The position numbers were made by a program, and so were the translations under genes. Positions 42,913 through 53,058 of a stretch of 64,000 bases of DNA are shown one piece after another; position 1 is the first letter of the stretch, and every line of letters starts with the position of its first letter. The stretch lies in assembly GCA_965215565.1 (NCBI GenBank), contig CBDCDZ010000004.1, positions 2,080,001 to 2,144,000 of the forward strand, in the 5' to 3' direction. Below the pieces are notes generated by a model, which was not told the DNA's origin, did no database searches, and worked only from the letters and a program-made list of their open reading frames with translations. The stretch is from Trueperaceae bacterium (GTDB lineage: Bacteria; Deinococcota; Deinococci; Deinococcales; Trueperaceae).

Positions 42913-44097
42913 TTACCTCGAGCCCTTGTAGAGCAGCCGGTTCGGTGAGCCTGAGCCGATGCTCGAGAGTTTATTGGTTGACGCCGTGTCGCGCAGGTAG
43001 TTGAACACTGCGCCTGGTGAAGCGTTAGGGTTGTCCTCTAGCACGAGCGCGATTGCGCCAGCTACGTGCGGGCTCGCCATCGAGGTGCCGCTGATGGTGT
43101 TGGTCGAGCGGTTGCCCGTGTACCAAGCAGAGGTGATGTCTGAGCCCGGCGCGAAGAGGTCGACGCACGAGCCGAAGTTGGAGAACGACGAGCGGCGGTC
43201 GCTGCGCGTCGTTGCGCCTACTGTCATGGCGGCGTCTACACGAGCCGGCGAGACGTTGCAGGCATTCTGGTTCTCGTTGCCCGCCGCGACCGCGTAGGAC
43301 ACGCCCGCCCGGATGGAGTTGTTGATGGCGTCATCCAAGGCTCTCGAGGCTCCCCCGCCCAAGCTCATGTTCACCACGGCGGGCTTGCGGTGGTTCGACG
43401 TGATCCAGTCTACCCCGGCGATCACGCCCGAGTTGCTCCCCTCACCTCGGCAGCCCAAAACGCGCACCGCGAAGAGCGAAACCCCTTTCGCCACGCCGTA
43501 ACGACTGCCGCCCACCGTGCCCGCCACGTGTGTACCGTGACCGTTACAGTCGTCCGCGCCGCGCCCGTCATCTATGGCGGTGACGCCGCCCACAACGCGC
43601 CCGCCGAACTCGTCATGGCTCGCACGGATGCCCGTGTCAACGATGTACGCCGTTACGCCTGAACCTGTTGCATTGTAGCGGTACGCGCGGTCTAAGGGAA
43701 GAGAGCGCTCGTCGACGCGGTCGAGCCCCCACGTCGGGCTGCTCTGCGTCGCGGTGGCTTTCATGATCTGGTCTTGCTCGACGTAGGCGACGCGCAGATC
43801 GGCGCGGAGCGAGGCGAGCTTCGCGTCTTCAAGCCGCGCGACAAAACCGTTGATCACCTGCAGCGGACGCACGGACTGGACGCCTAGGTCGGTGGCGACA
43901 GCGGCGGTCTGTAACGCAAAATTTTCCGCCGACTGCGTACTCAGCGAGCCGCTTAGCACCACGATGTATTGCCCCGGAATGGGTTGACCCGCGACGACTT
44001 CGCGCTCGGGCACCTCGACTCCGGCTACCTCTTCAGGGGCTACGCTACACGCCGCCAACACCGCACCCAGCAAAACCAACACCAGTAGTCTCTTCAT
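42913..44097 (-). CDS. S8 subtilisin (aqualysin/proteinase K-like) lipoprotein
   Basis: Lipobox LAAC, I9 propeptide, DTG, HGTHVAG, GTSMASP. Confidence 0.95.
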   Translation of the reverse strand: MKRLLVLVLLGAVLAACSVAPEEVAGVEVPEREVVAGQPIPGQYIVVLSGSLSTQSAENFALQTAAVATDLGVQSVRPLQVINGFVARLEDAKLASLRADLRVAYVEQDQIMKATATQSSPTWGLDRVDERSLPLDRAYRYNATGSGVTAYIVDTGIRASHDEFGGRVVGGVTAIDDGRGADDCNGHGTHVAGTVGGSRYGVAKGVSLFAVRVLGCRGEGSNSGVIAGVDWITSNHRKPAVVNMSLGGGASRALDDAINNSIRAGVSYAVAAGNENQNACNVSPARVDAAMTVGATTRSDRRSSFSNFGSCVDLFAPGSDITSAWYTGNRSTNTISGTSMASPHVAGAIALVLEDNPNASPGAVFNYLRDTASTNKLSSIGSGSPNRLLYKGSR

Positions 44098-44354
44098 ACG
44101 TCCTCCCATGACGTGAAGTCTCAAAACTGCGCGTCCTCCGCTGAGCACATAGCAAGTCAAATAGAATACGGAACGTATGCCGTTTTTGAGTTAGAGAACC
44201 GTATCATCTTTCAAACTCGAAAAAGAAGTAAAAAATTCACTTCGGCATGAGCCGGTGGATGGTAACGATTAGACTTTGATGAGACTCATCAGAGGAGCCT
44301 TTTCAGCGCGATATTTTTTCTGAGGAGGTGGAGCGCGCTCCCTCTTCCGGCTCG

Positions 44355-44807
44355 CTACCCGCGCAACTCCGCCGTATCCAGCCAGAGCGTCACCGGACCG
44401 TCGTTGAGCAAGCTGACCTGCATGTCCGCGCCGAACTTGCCCGTCGCCGTCTCGAGACCCAACTCGCCCAGCACCTGCACGAAGCGCCCGTAGAGCGCGT
44501 CCGCCTGTTCCGGTCTCGCCGCCTTGACGTAACTCGGACGGTTGCCGCGCCGCGCGTCGGCGTAGAGGGTGAACTGGCTCACCACGAGGACCGCCCCGCC
44601 GACGTCCGACACGCTCAAATTCATCTTGCCCGCCTCGTCGCTAAAGATGCGCAGTTTGCTCACCTTATTTGCTAAGAGGTGAACCTCGTCTTCGCCGTCG
44701 TCCTCAGCGACGCCCAGAAGGATGAGGAGCCCACGCTCAATTTGACCGGTGACTTCTCCCTCTACTTCAACTCGGGCGTGGGCGACGCGCTGCACAAGGA
44801 CGCGCAT
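44355..44807 (-). CDS. dtd: D-aminoacyl-tRNA deacylase
   Basis: QRV, SQFTL, NDGPVT. Confidence 0.96.
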   Translation of the reverse strand: MRVLVQRVAHARVEVEGEVTGQIERGLLILLGVAEDDGEDEVHLLANKVSKLRIFSDEAGKMNLSVSDVGGAVLVVSQFTLYADARRGNRPSYVKAARPEQADALYGRFVQVLGELGLETATGKFGADMQVSLLNDGPVTLWLDTAELRG

Positions 44808-45097
44808 CAGTTGCTTTGAGTTCGGGGTGGTGTCTGCGGTGATTCGGGCAGGGTCTCGAGCCTCTCCCTAATCGTGCGCATCGCCCCGTACAGCGCGCCG
44901 CGCTCCGTTTCGTCCAGGTTGCCGTTCGTCTTTTGCTGGAGCATCTCTAAAAGCTGCAAGCTCTTCTCGCCCGTGCGCCGCGCCAAGATGCCGTCGCGCG
45001 CCAGCCGCGTCACCATCGGGCTATTCATCTCGCCCAAGGCCGCCTCCGCCGAGCTTAAAATAGAGTGAACCAAGCCGATAAAACGTGGGTCAGACAT
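44807..45097 (-). CDS. DUF1844-like small protein
   Basis: [14 protein letters not shown]...[12 protein letters not shown]; start after TACACT. Confidence 0.75.
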   Translation of the reverse strand: MSDPRFIGLVHSILSSAEAALGEMNSPMVTRLARDGILARRTGEKSLQLLEMLQQKTNGNLDETERGALYGAMRTIRERLETLPESPQTPPRTQSN

Positions 45098-45151
45098 GGG
45101 AGTAGTGTACCAGTCAGTGGAGAGGGGTTCTGTTATGAGAGCGTAAATGGA

Positions 45152-45201
45152 AGCAATGAGGAACGAGCAATGAGTGAAACCCTTTAGACTCATTGCTCAT
45201 T
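45152..45201. repeat. AGCAATG-type heptamer palindromic repeat
   Basis: agcaatgaggaacgagcaatgagtgaaaccctttagactcattgctcatt, near-identical to 30866. Confidence 0.7.
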
Positions 45202-45325
45202 AGGTGAAGGCACAGGTTAAGGCTGAAAGCCGTTGCACTTTGTGCTCACCTGTAAGAGCCTACTGAGCTTTGCTCTAACCTGTTTGAGCTTCGCTCTGAC
45301 CTGTGCTTTCAACTCATTACTGCTT

Positions 45326-45946
45326 CTAAAACAACCCCTCCTGCTGCGCCGTATCAATCACCAAACTGTTCGGCTTCGCGCCCAGGTTGTCCATCTCCTC
45401 GCGTAAGACCTTTACGTCTTGCCACATGAGCCACTTGGGGGAGCCTTTTTCGCGGCTCGGGTTGCGTAAGAGGTAGGCGGGGTGAAACATCGGGTAGATG
45501 CGCACGCCGTTCCAGTCAAACCAGTTGCCGTGTGTTTTGGTGATGCCCTCTTTCGTGTTGACGAAGTACTGCGTGGGGATGTTGCCCAACGTCGCAATGA
45601 TCTGCGGGCGGATGAGTTTAAGCTGCTCCATCAAAAGAGGTTCGCTCGCGGCGATCTCTTCTGGCTTAGGGTTGCGGTTGCCGGGCGGACGGTACTTGAC
45701 GATATTGGTGATGTAGACCTCGTCGCGGTCAATCTTGACAGAGTCTAAAATGCGGTCTAGAAGCTGCCCGGCGCGTCCAACGAAGGGGCGTCCAGTGGCG
45801 TCTTCGTCCTCACCGGGAGCCTCACCGATGATGACCACGTTAGCGTCCGGGTCGCCCTCGCCAAAGACGAGGTTGTCGGCGGTGTCCGACAAGGCGGGGG
45901 GTTTAGGGGCTTCTTTGGCCTGCTGCTCGAGTTCGTCTAACGTCAT
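45326..45946 (-). CDS. uracil-DNA glycosylase, family 4-like
   Basis: [32 protein letters not shown]. Confidence 0.92.
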   Translation of the reverse strand: MTLDELEQQAKEAPKPPALSDTADNLVFGEGDPDANVVIIGEAPGEDEDATGRPFVGRAGQLLDRILDSVKIDRDEVYITNIVKYRPPGNRNPKPEEIAASEPLLMEQLKLIRPQIIATLGNIPTQYFVNTKEGITKTHGNWFDWNGVRIYPMFHPAYLLRNPSREKGSPKWLMWQDVKVLREEMDNLGAKPNSLVIDTAQQEGLF

Positions 45947-46103
45947 CGTTCCTCCTCATACGCGGTCAACCTCTCGAGCCTCAGTCAAGATAGCGAGAGG
46001 TCAACACCTTTGTCGTCGCAGCTTATAATGGTCTCTGTTGCAACAACCCATGACAAGGTTTCATTTTAACGCGGCGACGCGCGTAACGCGGTAAGCGGTA
46101 GCC

Positions 46104-46126
46104 AAAAAAACGCGCCGAAGCGCGTT
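46104..46126 (-). terminator. intrinsic terminator
   Basis: AACGCGC-ttcg-GCGCGTTTTTTT on the minus strand. Confidence 0.65.
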
Positions 46127-46151
46127 GTGTATAGAGGTTAAGATAACCGGG

Positions 46152-46532
46152 TTACGACTTGAGCGAAGTGAGGGGTGGACGCTGGCTCCGCACCTCGCGG
46201 CGCACTTTGGGCTCTAAACCGATCATCAAAAAGAAGTTCTCCAAGGCGTTCTCTTGCCCTTTAATGTCGGTGTGTTCGTCTTCAGCGGTGCCCGTCACAA
46301 AGGGAAGCTCTTTGTAACACTCGAGCGCCTCGATGACCACGTCGGCGGGGCTTTGCGCCTCAGCGACGTCGGTCAAGCGGGCATAGATGGTGCGCCGCGC
46401 TTCGGCGTGGCAGCGGAAGACCTCCGGGTTAGCAGTCTCCGGTGCGCGCAAGATATCTTGCTTGGCGATGCGCCTATAGTGCTTGAGCCCCCGTACGATC
46501 TCATCCGAACTAAGAACCACTTTTACATCCAT
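46152..46532 (-). CDS. hypothetical protein
   Basis: AGGAG SD, open frame, terminator downstream. Confidence 0.75.
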   Translation of the reverse strand: MDVKVVLSSDEIVRGLKHYRRIAKQDILRAPETANPEVFRCHAEARRTIYARLTDVAEAQSPADVVIEALECYKELPFVTGTAEDEHTDIKGQENALENFFLMIGLEPKVRREVRSQRPPLTSLKS

Positions 46533-46849
46533 CTTCACTCCTCTCTTTTGATTGGAAGCTATGTTACCTTTTGTGCTCTTACACCACTGTGAGAAAATAG
46601 GGATTGAGAAGGATGCTCTACCTTAATGAATTCGGTGCGTCTGTAATAGAGACGCACGTACTATTGACTATAACGCCTAAACCTCTGCGCAGAATAAAAG
46701 TGTGAAGAGCGGACGGTGCTACGGTTGAACTTTGAAAGCGTCACGTCCCTGACGCAACTTGTCAAAATAAAAACCTTTCATAGCACTCGCTCGCATCTCA
46801 CTATAAGAAATATCACATTCGCCTCGAAGAGCGCGCTCCAGGTAGCGCG

Positions 46850-47077
46850 TTAGGCTTCGAGCTTCTTGATAGGAATAGGCGGCAAATCTTTGAGTTCGCG
46901 CTCGCTCAGGTCCCCCCGGTAGCGTGCCAACTCCGAAATCTCCTGCGACTCGCTGCTGTAGCCGCACCTATAGCACTCCAACTCGGTAAAGCCCTCTAAA
47001 TAGACATATGTGACGGTATCGCTGCTGCCGCATTCGGGGCAGACCTCCCCGCGCTCGATTCCTTCGGCGTCGTACAC
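46850..47077 (-). CDS. small zinc-ribbon protein
   Basis: CPEC...CYRC; GGAGG SD before GTG. Confidence 0.7.
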   Translation of the reverse strand: MYDAEGIERGEVCPECGSSDTVTYVYLEGFTELECYRCGYSSESQEISELARYRGDLSERELKDLPPIPIKKLEA

Positions 47078-47218
47078 CCTCTCACCTCCATCGTTGTAGC
47101 AACAGAACATACTGAAACAAGTTACCGCGGATTTTAGCGCAGAGCGCTAACGGAACCTCGTAAGCAAGTTCTAAAGTGTGTCCTCTTCACTCAGCGTGTA
47201 GATACCCGGAGTGCAGAT

Positions 47219-47522
47219 GACCAGTCGGCACCCCGTTCTCGCGAAGCCGACCCGCTAGGCTTTGCCTGAAAGCGGAATGGCTCGCGGCTGAGCACGCGAA
47301 GTAACCTGCTACTAAGCTTAGCCCACCGAGATGAGCGTAGAGGTGTCGGCAAGCCTTGACGCGGCTGAAACGCGCCCATATAGAGGGCTCGAGCTTCCTC
47401 CTAGCGCAGCGACGTAGCTAAAAGAAAACCCTCTGTATGACCTCGTCAAGCTGAGCTGTCGGGACCTATCACGCGAAGAGGTTGTCGCGGCACAGCTAGT
47501 AAAGAGGTCACGCCGACGGCGT
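47219..47522 (-). ncRNA. candidate structured RNA of unknown family
   Basis: Consecutive hairpins with G-U pairs mostly favouring the minus strand; CATAAT at 47530-47535. Confidence 0.4.
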
Positions 47523-47570
47523 AACTCACATTATGGCACCCCCTTTTCAGTTTAGTATTACAATCGTCCC

Positions 47571-48041
47571 GTGACTCAGCGCTGGCTCCTCAAAACCGAA
47601 CCCGACGTGTTTAGCTTCGCTGACCTCCTGCGAAGCGCCGAAAAGAGCGCTATGTGGGAAGGTGTGCGCAACTATCAGGCGCGAAACTTTTTGCGGGAGA
47701 TGAAAGTAGGCGACAAGATACTTATCTATCACTCTAACTGCAAGCCGCCCGGCGTCGTCGGCGTGGCGGAGGTTGCCAAAGAAGCCTATCCTGACCCTAC
47801 CCAGTTCGACACCTCGAGCGAGTACTACGACGAAAAGTCGTCCAGAGATGACCCGCGCTGGACGGTTGTAGAGGTGCGCGGACTCCACCCTTTGGAGAGG
47901 TTTGTGCCGCTGCAAGAGGTGAAGGAAGAACCTGCGCTGGAGGGGATGAAGCTCGTTCAGCGCGGCAACCGCCTCAGCGTCATGCCCGTCACGGAAGCGG
48001 AATTCGACAAAATCCTAGCGTTAGGAGAGGTCTATGACTGA
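47571..48041 (+). CDS. EVE domain protein
   Basis: WLLKTEP, WEGVRNYQARN, YHSN, RLSVMPV. Confidence 0.93.
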   Translation: MTQRWLLKTEPDVFSFADLLRSAEKSAMWEGVRNYQARNFLREMKVGDKILIYHSNCKPPGVVGVAEVAKEAYPDPTQFDTSSEYYDEKSSRDDPRWTVVEVRGLHPLERFVPLQEVKEEPALEGMKLVQRGNRLSVMPVTEAEFDKILALGEVYD

Positions 48042-49206
48042 TACTTCACTAAGAGACGCGGCTAGAGCGCTGAGCGGCGAAACCGTCCAGACCCGCCGCG
48101 ACTTTCACAAGCATCCCGAAACCGCCTTCGAAGAGGTCAGGACGAGCGGCGTCATCGCTGAGAGGTTGGAGAAGCTCGGCTTAGACGTGCGCCGTGAGGT
48201 CGGCAAGACGGGCGTCGTCGCGCTTTTAGATTTGGGCGAGGGCAAGACCGTGCTCGTGCGGGCTGATATCGACGCGCTGCCCATTCACGACGAGAAAACC
48301 GTGGACTACCGCTCGGCGGTGGACGGCAAGATGCACGCCTGCGGTCACGACGGACACGCCGCCGTTCTGCTGAGCGTGGCGAAGATTCTGAGCGAGCGCA
48401 AAGACACCCTCTCCGGCAAGGTCATCTTCGTCTTTCAACCTGCCGAGGAGATCGTCGGGGGAGCGAGGGCGATGTTGGAAGACGGGGCGCTAGAAGCTGG
48501 GCCGGAGCACAGCATCGGCCTGCACCTCAGCTCGCAGTTCCCTACGGGCACGGTGGCGGTGCGCAGCGGTCCCTCGATGGCCGCGACGGATTCGTTTCGG
48601 CTCGTCGTCTCCGGTAAGGGCGGTCACGCGGCGCGTCCGCACGAGAGTGTGGACCCCGTGCTCATCGCCGCGCACCTCATCACGGGCTTGCAGAGCCTCG
48701 TCTCCCGCGAGACCGACCCATTGGACAACGCGGTCATCAGCCTGACCTCAGTTCGCGGCGGCACTGCGTACAACGTCATCCCCGAAAATGTCGAAATTAA
48801 GGGCACGCTCCGCACCTTTTTGCCGGAGACGCGCGACTTTCTTCAGGGCAGGATAGAGCGCTTTAGTGGAGATTTGGCCCGGAGTATGCGTGGGGCGGTA
48901 GGGCTCGAGTGGATCACCCAATCGCCCGCCGTAGTGAACGACGAGGCGATGACGGAGCGGCTGCGGAGCGTGGCGAGAGCCGTCGTCGGGGAGGACAAGG
49001 TGCTCGTCGCTCCGCCGATCATGGGCGGCGACGACATGGCGCTCTGGCTTCAGAGAGCGCCCGGTTGTTACTTCTTTTTAGGCGCGAGAAGCGAAGAGAA
49101 GGGCTCGCACTACGCGCACCATCACCCCATGTTCGACTTGGACGAGGACGCGCTACCCGTAGCGGTAGAGGTGTTGGCGCAAGGAGTCCTAGAGTTCCTG
49201 CGTTAG
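48034..49206 (+). CDS. M20D-family amidohydrolase
   Basis: HPE, RADIDALP, MHACGHDGH, FQPAEE. Confidence 0.93.
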   Translation: MTDTSLRDAARALSGETVQTRRDFHKHPETAFEEVRTSGVIAERLEKLGLDVRREVGKTGVVALLDLGEGKTVLVRADIDALPIHDEKTVDYRSAVDGKMHACGHDGHAAVLLSVAKILSERKDTLSGKVIFVFQPAEEIVGGARAMLEDGALEAGPEHSIGLHLSSQFPTGTVAVRSGPSMAATDSFRLVVSGKGGHAARPHESVDPVLIAAHLITGLQSLVSRETDPLDNAVISLTSVRGGTAYNVIPENVEIKGTLRTFLPETRDFLQGRIERFSGDLARSMRGAVGLEWITQSPAVVNDEAMTERLRSVARAVVGEDKVLVAPPIMGGDDMALWLQRAPGCYFFLGARSEEKGSHYAHHHPMFDLDEDALPVAVEVLAQGVLEFLR

Positions 49207-49240
49207 AAGCGTAGCCTATACACGTGAGGGTATGTACGGC

Positions 49241-49270
49241 GTAAGGGTAGGTTTCGAAACCCACCCTTAC
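49241..49270. repeat. REP-like palindrome between convergent genes
   Basis: GTAAGGGTAGGTTTC-GAAACCCACCCTTAC. Confidence 0.6.
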
Positions 49271-49297
49271 ATAACGTCAGAAGCACATCGGTTCGTA

Positions 49298-49753
49298 TCA
49301 GCTTTGCGGCGGCAAGAGGAAGACCAACCCGCCCGCGAGCAGCGCCAGACCCAACACCCGGCGCAAATCTATAGGGATCACACTGCCCGACCAGCCGAGC
49401 GCGTCCGCGAGCACGGAGAGCGTCAACTGCCCCAAGATGACCGCCGCGATGCCCGCAGCGACGCCGACGCGCGGCAGCGCGAAAGCGATAGAAAACACGA
49501 CGAATATACCGATGCCGCCCGCCAGCACGACGGTAGAGGCGGCTCTAGCGTCCACAGCTTGAAGAGGTAGCGCCCTCGAGAAGAGCACCAACAGCAGAAG
49601 TGAGAGCGTCCCGCCAGCAATGTTGACGAGTAAGCCCGTGAGGGGCGCGCCCAGTGACCTTCCGGCAAGGCTATTGAGCACCCCCTGAAAGCCGACCGCT
49701 AAACCGCCACACAGCGCGATGAGTAGTGCAACCAACCATCCGTTCACCTTCAA
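49298..49753 (-). CDS. DMT-superfamily (YdcZ-like) membrane protein
   Basis: Q..LN..L, GQL..S..AD..G pattern; about 5 TM helices. Confidence 0.8.
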   Translation of the reverse strand: MKVNGWLVALLIALCGGLAVGFQGVLNSLAGRSLGAPLTGLLVNIAGGTLSLLLLVLFSRALPLQAVDARAASTVVLAGGIGIFVVFSIAFALPRVGVAAGIAAVILGQLTLSVLADALGWSGSVIPIDLRRVLGLALLAGGLVFLLPPQS

Positions 49754-50060
49754 CCTCCTAAAGTTCGCAGAGCTATCTAACCTCTTCGAACCGCACCCTC
49801 GAGGCTTTTATCCTTGGGATGGTCTCCGCCACGCAGATATGCGCAACGGCTTTCATGGCACTCGGTCCGAGCCCCGCACAGCGTCATCTAAAAGGTGCGG
49901 GTGGAACCCTAGCCAAACGGTCTTTAAGAGTGTACCAAAATCTTCAGCTCGAGCCACCACCTCAAAATTCGTGAGAAACACACTAAGACCTTTTAACCTT
50001 TTGCCCTCTACGAACCTCTAAAACGTGATAGGTAAGGGCAAAATGCTATACTATACGCAG

Positions 50061-51020
50061 ATGAACGAGCGCACCGCCCACATCCTCGACCTCGTCACGG
50101 CGCACTACATTACCTCAGCGAAGCCGGTGGCGTCGGCTCCTATCGCCAAGCAACTCGGCGTGAGCAGCGCGACGGTCAGAAGCGAGTTTGCGGCGCTCGA
50201 GGAGGCGGGCTACTTAGCTCAGCCCCACACCTCAGCGGGGCGCGTTCCTACGGCTGAAAGTTACAGGCGCTACGCGCGCAAGTTCATTCCGCCTAAACGT
50301 TTGCCCAAACTCCAGCGCGACCTCTTGAAGATGCGGCTGAAAGGCGCGCACGGCGACACGCTCTTGCAGCAAGTTGCCAACGTCACCGCCGAACTCTCCG
50401 GCTACGCGGTAGTGGTGAGCCTGCCCGCCGATGACGACTTGCACACCCTGGAGATTCACCTCTCGGCGCTCTCGAGTACGCGCCTCTTAGCCGTCGTCGT
50501 TTTGGAAAACGGTCTCATCCGCCAACTCGTCTTGGATCTCGCGCCGACGCCAAGCGACGACGCGCTGCGTGAAGCCGAGAGGGGTTTACGCAGCTTGGAC
50601 GTACCCGTGCAAGAGGTTCCGGTGGCGCTTGTGAATATCGCGACGCGCGCCGAGGAAGAGGTTGCGCGCACCTTCCGCGCTTTAGCCGACGCTTGGCCCA
50701 CCATGAACCCGCCCCGGCTCTTCTCGCAGGGGCTCAAAAACCTCTTGACGGAGCCCGAATCCACCGACCCAGAGTTCGTGCGCATGGTGGTGGAGCGCGT
50801 CGAGCAACCCAACACGGACGCGGACATAGACGAGGCGCTGCGCATTGTTTTAGAAGAGACCGTGGCACTGGTGTCGGCGCGTCTCGAGCTGGGCTCCTCC
50901 AAAGCCGGGTTGATGCTCTTAGGACCGCTACGAATGCGCTACCCCGAGACGCTAGCGATTGCGCAAGGGGTGACGGAGACGGTGGCGAAACGTGCCGAGC
51001 AACAGGCGAGCTTCAACTAG
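50061..51020 (+). CDS. hrcA: heat-inducible transcription repressor
   Basis: VSSATVR, QPHTSAGRVPT, GP.RM.Y. Confidence 0.93.
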   Translation: MNERTAHILDLVTAHYITSAKPVASAPIAKQLGVSSATVRSEFAALEEAGYLAQPHTSAGRVPTAESYRRYARKFIPPKRLPKLQRDLLKMRLKGAHGDTLLQQVANVTAELSGYAVVVSLPADDDLHTLEIHLSALSSTRLLAVVVLENGLIRQLVLDLAPTPSDDALREAERGLRSLDVPVQEVPVALVNIATRAEEEVARTFRALADAWPTMNPPRLFSQGLKNLLTEPESTDPEFVRMVVERVEQPNTDADIDEALRIVLEETVALVSARLELGSSKAGLMLLGPLRMRYPETLAIAQGVTETVAKRAEQQASFN

Positions 51021-51038
51021 CCGCGTTACACTAAGCAC

Positions 51039-51752
51039 GTGACGATTGAACTCCTTCTTTTTGCCAGCTACCGCGACCAGGTGGGTCAGCGGGAGATGAC
51101 GCTCGAGCTACCTGAGCACACAGACGCCCGCACAACCGTCCGTGATATCGCCGACAAACTCCAAGCCGACTACCCTGACCTCTCCTTAAAAGGCGCACTC
51201 TGCGCCCTCAACGAGCGCTACGTTTCCCCCGATCAAGAGGTCAAGGAGGGCGACACGCTCGCGCTTTTCCCGCCCGTGTCGGGTGGTGAGGTGGACGCGC
51301 CAGAGACCGCCCACCTCACCGATCACCTCTTTGTCACCGAGGGCGTTTTAGACCTTGCCCACCTGCACGCGCTCGCGGTGGCGGACCCTTACGGCGCAGT
51401 CGCGAGCTTTGTCGGCACGGTGCGCTCGCCTAACTTGGGGCGAGAGATCACGTATATCGACTACGAGGGGTACGAAGCGATGATCCTCACGCAGATGAAG
51501 GTGGTGGCGGGTGAGATGCGCGCCCGATTCGATCTGGGCAAAGTCGTCATCTCGCACCGCCTCGGGCGGCTCAGACCGAGCGAGGCGTCCATCGCCATCG
51601 TCATCTCTTCGGAGCACCGGCGCGCCGCGTTAGACGCGGCGCACGCCTGCATCGACCGGATCAAGGAGCTTTTGCCCGTGTGGAAGCGCGAGGTGAGCGC
51701 GCAGGGTGAGGCGTGGGTGGAGGGCTCGAGCGCTGCAGGCGAAACCTTGTAA
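51039..51752 (+). CDS. fused molybdopterin synthase MoaD-MoaE
   Basis: PPVSGG then SFVGTVR, YEGYE.M, HRLG.L, PVWKRE. Confidence 0.92.
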   Translation: MTIELLLFASYRDQVGQREMTLELPEHTDARTTVRDIADKLQADYPDLSLKGALCALNERYVSPDQEVKEGDTLALFPPVSGGEVDAPETAHLTDHLFVTEGVLDLAHLHALAVADPYGAVASFVGTVRSPNLGREITYIDYEGYEAMILTQMKVVAGEMRARFDLGKVVISHRLGRLRPSEASIAIVISSEHRRAALDAAHACIDRIKELLPVWKREVSAQGEAWVEGSSAAGETL

Positions 51753-51828
51753 ATGAGCGGTTGTAATTGTCGGTAGTGGGTTCAGGTTGAATGCCAACGG
51801 GCACTTCTTGCGCCGTTTCTGTGTGATG

Positions 51829-51852
51829 AACAAGGGGTTGCAACCCCTTGTT
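51829..51852. repeat. perfect palindrome (REP-like or terminator)
   Basis: AACAAGGGGTTG-CAACCCCTTGTT. Confidence 0.6.
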
Positions 51853-51944
51853 TTAACCTCCGCGTCATTTCGAATAGCGCCACTACCTAATTGTTAAAGA
51901 TGGAGAGGTTGCAGAGACCTCTTCATCTTTAACGTTCGTTCAGT

Positions 51945-52871
51945 CTAATTCGCTGTTCCTTGGGGCTCGTCGGGGATAGCCTCGAACGCTTCAGGCGGGT
52001 TCAGGAGCCGCCAGTTCCAACCCCCCTCGCGGCGCGGCGGCCAGATGACCGCTGTGGCCTGCCCTGCGATAGCGATGCTCTCGATGGGTCCGAAGTAGCG
52101 CGAGTCTTCGCTGCCGTTGGGCGAGCGGTTATCGCCCATGATGAAATAGTGACCCTCGGGGACGACGAGTTCGTGTAGGAAGGGTTCGCCTTCGGGAGCG
52201 TCGCTCGGAACAGGGGCGAGCGCGCTTACGGTGCCGCCATAGAAGAACTGCGTCGCGGGGTTGTCGACGGGCGCGGGCTCTAAACCGCCCAAGCCGCCCA
52301 AGCCGCCCTCGAACGTCCCGCCGACGAGACCTTGAAAGCCAGTTATCTCGCCGCCGTTCACCTCAACGACGGGGAAGTTTACGGGTTCGGGGCGAATCTC
52401 GCCGCTCTCGGTGATAAATCCTTGATCGAGCAGTTCGCCGTTGACGTAAACCTGCCCGTCTTGAATGTAGATGTGGTCTCCCGGCACGCCGATGACCCGC
52501 TTGATGAAGAAGCTGCGCCGCCCCGAGTTCTGCGAGTTGGGCGAGTTAGCGGGCTCGCGCACCACCACGATGTCGCCGCGCTCGTAGGGTCCCAAGATAC
52601 CCGCGCGGCGCAGCCAGGTGCCGTACTTGGGGATGAAGACCCTGTCACCCGTGAAGAGCGACTGGGGGAGCCTACCGCTGCCCCCGTCCAAATTTGGGCG
52701 CATCGACGAGCCCACCACGCCGACGGTTGTAAAGACGAACGTCACGATGAGAAACGCCACGACGAGCGCCTCGGCGTAGCCCCTCACTTCTGCCCAAAAG
52801 CGCTGCGAGGCGGTCTTTGGTGGCGGCTGTTCGCCAGACTGTTTAGAGGTTGCGGTAGCGTCAGTTGCCAT
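51945..52871 (-). CDS. lepB: signal peptidase I
   Basis: GSSMRPNL, FIKRVIG.PGD, GDNR...SEDSRYFG. Confidence 0.94.
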   Translation of the reverse strand: MATDATATSKQSGEQPPPKTASQRFWAEVRGYAEALVVAFLIVTFVFTTVGVVGSSMRPNLDGGSGRLPQSLFTGDRVFIPKYGTWLRRAGILGPYERGDIVVVREPANSPNSQNSGRRSFFIKRVIGVPGDHIYIQDGQVYVNGELLDQGFITESGEIRPEPVNFPVVEVNGGEITGFQGLVGGTFEGGLGGLGGLEPAPVDNPATQFFYGGTVSALAPVPSDAPEGEPFLHELVVPEGHYFIMGDNRSPNGSEDSRYFGPIESIAIAGQATAVIWPPRREGGWNWRLLNPPEAFEAIPDEPQGTAN

Positions 52872-53058
52872 AACGTGTAGTGTACCCTTTCGAGATGACG
52901 ACTCGTTTGGGCAGGGCTACGCGCGCACCTGTGAACAAATCATCAAAAAGCGCGGCGCGGTGGCGAAAATCAGCGCCGAGTTCATAGCTGGGTTCTCTTT
53001 TGCGGCGGAGAGTATTGCGGAGACTGTTGGTGTATTTTGCTCCTGCACATACCACGCC

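Noticed and set aside
44277..44291. TGATGAG-A-CTCATCA palindrome upstream of subtilisin, loosely similar to ATGAG..CTCAT at 56862
   Set aside because: Spacings differ and there are only two instances; not enough to call a regulon.
46024..46094. TATAAT followed by a 14-codon plus-strand ORF
   Set aside because: Too short and unsupported.
47191..47379. 62-aa ORF inside the hairpin-rich region
   Set aside because: No recognisable motif or well-spaced SD; composition looks non-coding.
49856..49882. CIRCE element upstream of hrcA
   Set aside because: Only a left half (TGGCACTC); no GAGTGC arm at N9 spacing.
51039..51752. MoaD-MoaE fusion as a novelty
   Set aside because: A known architecture (MoaX type).
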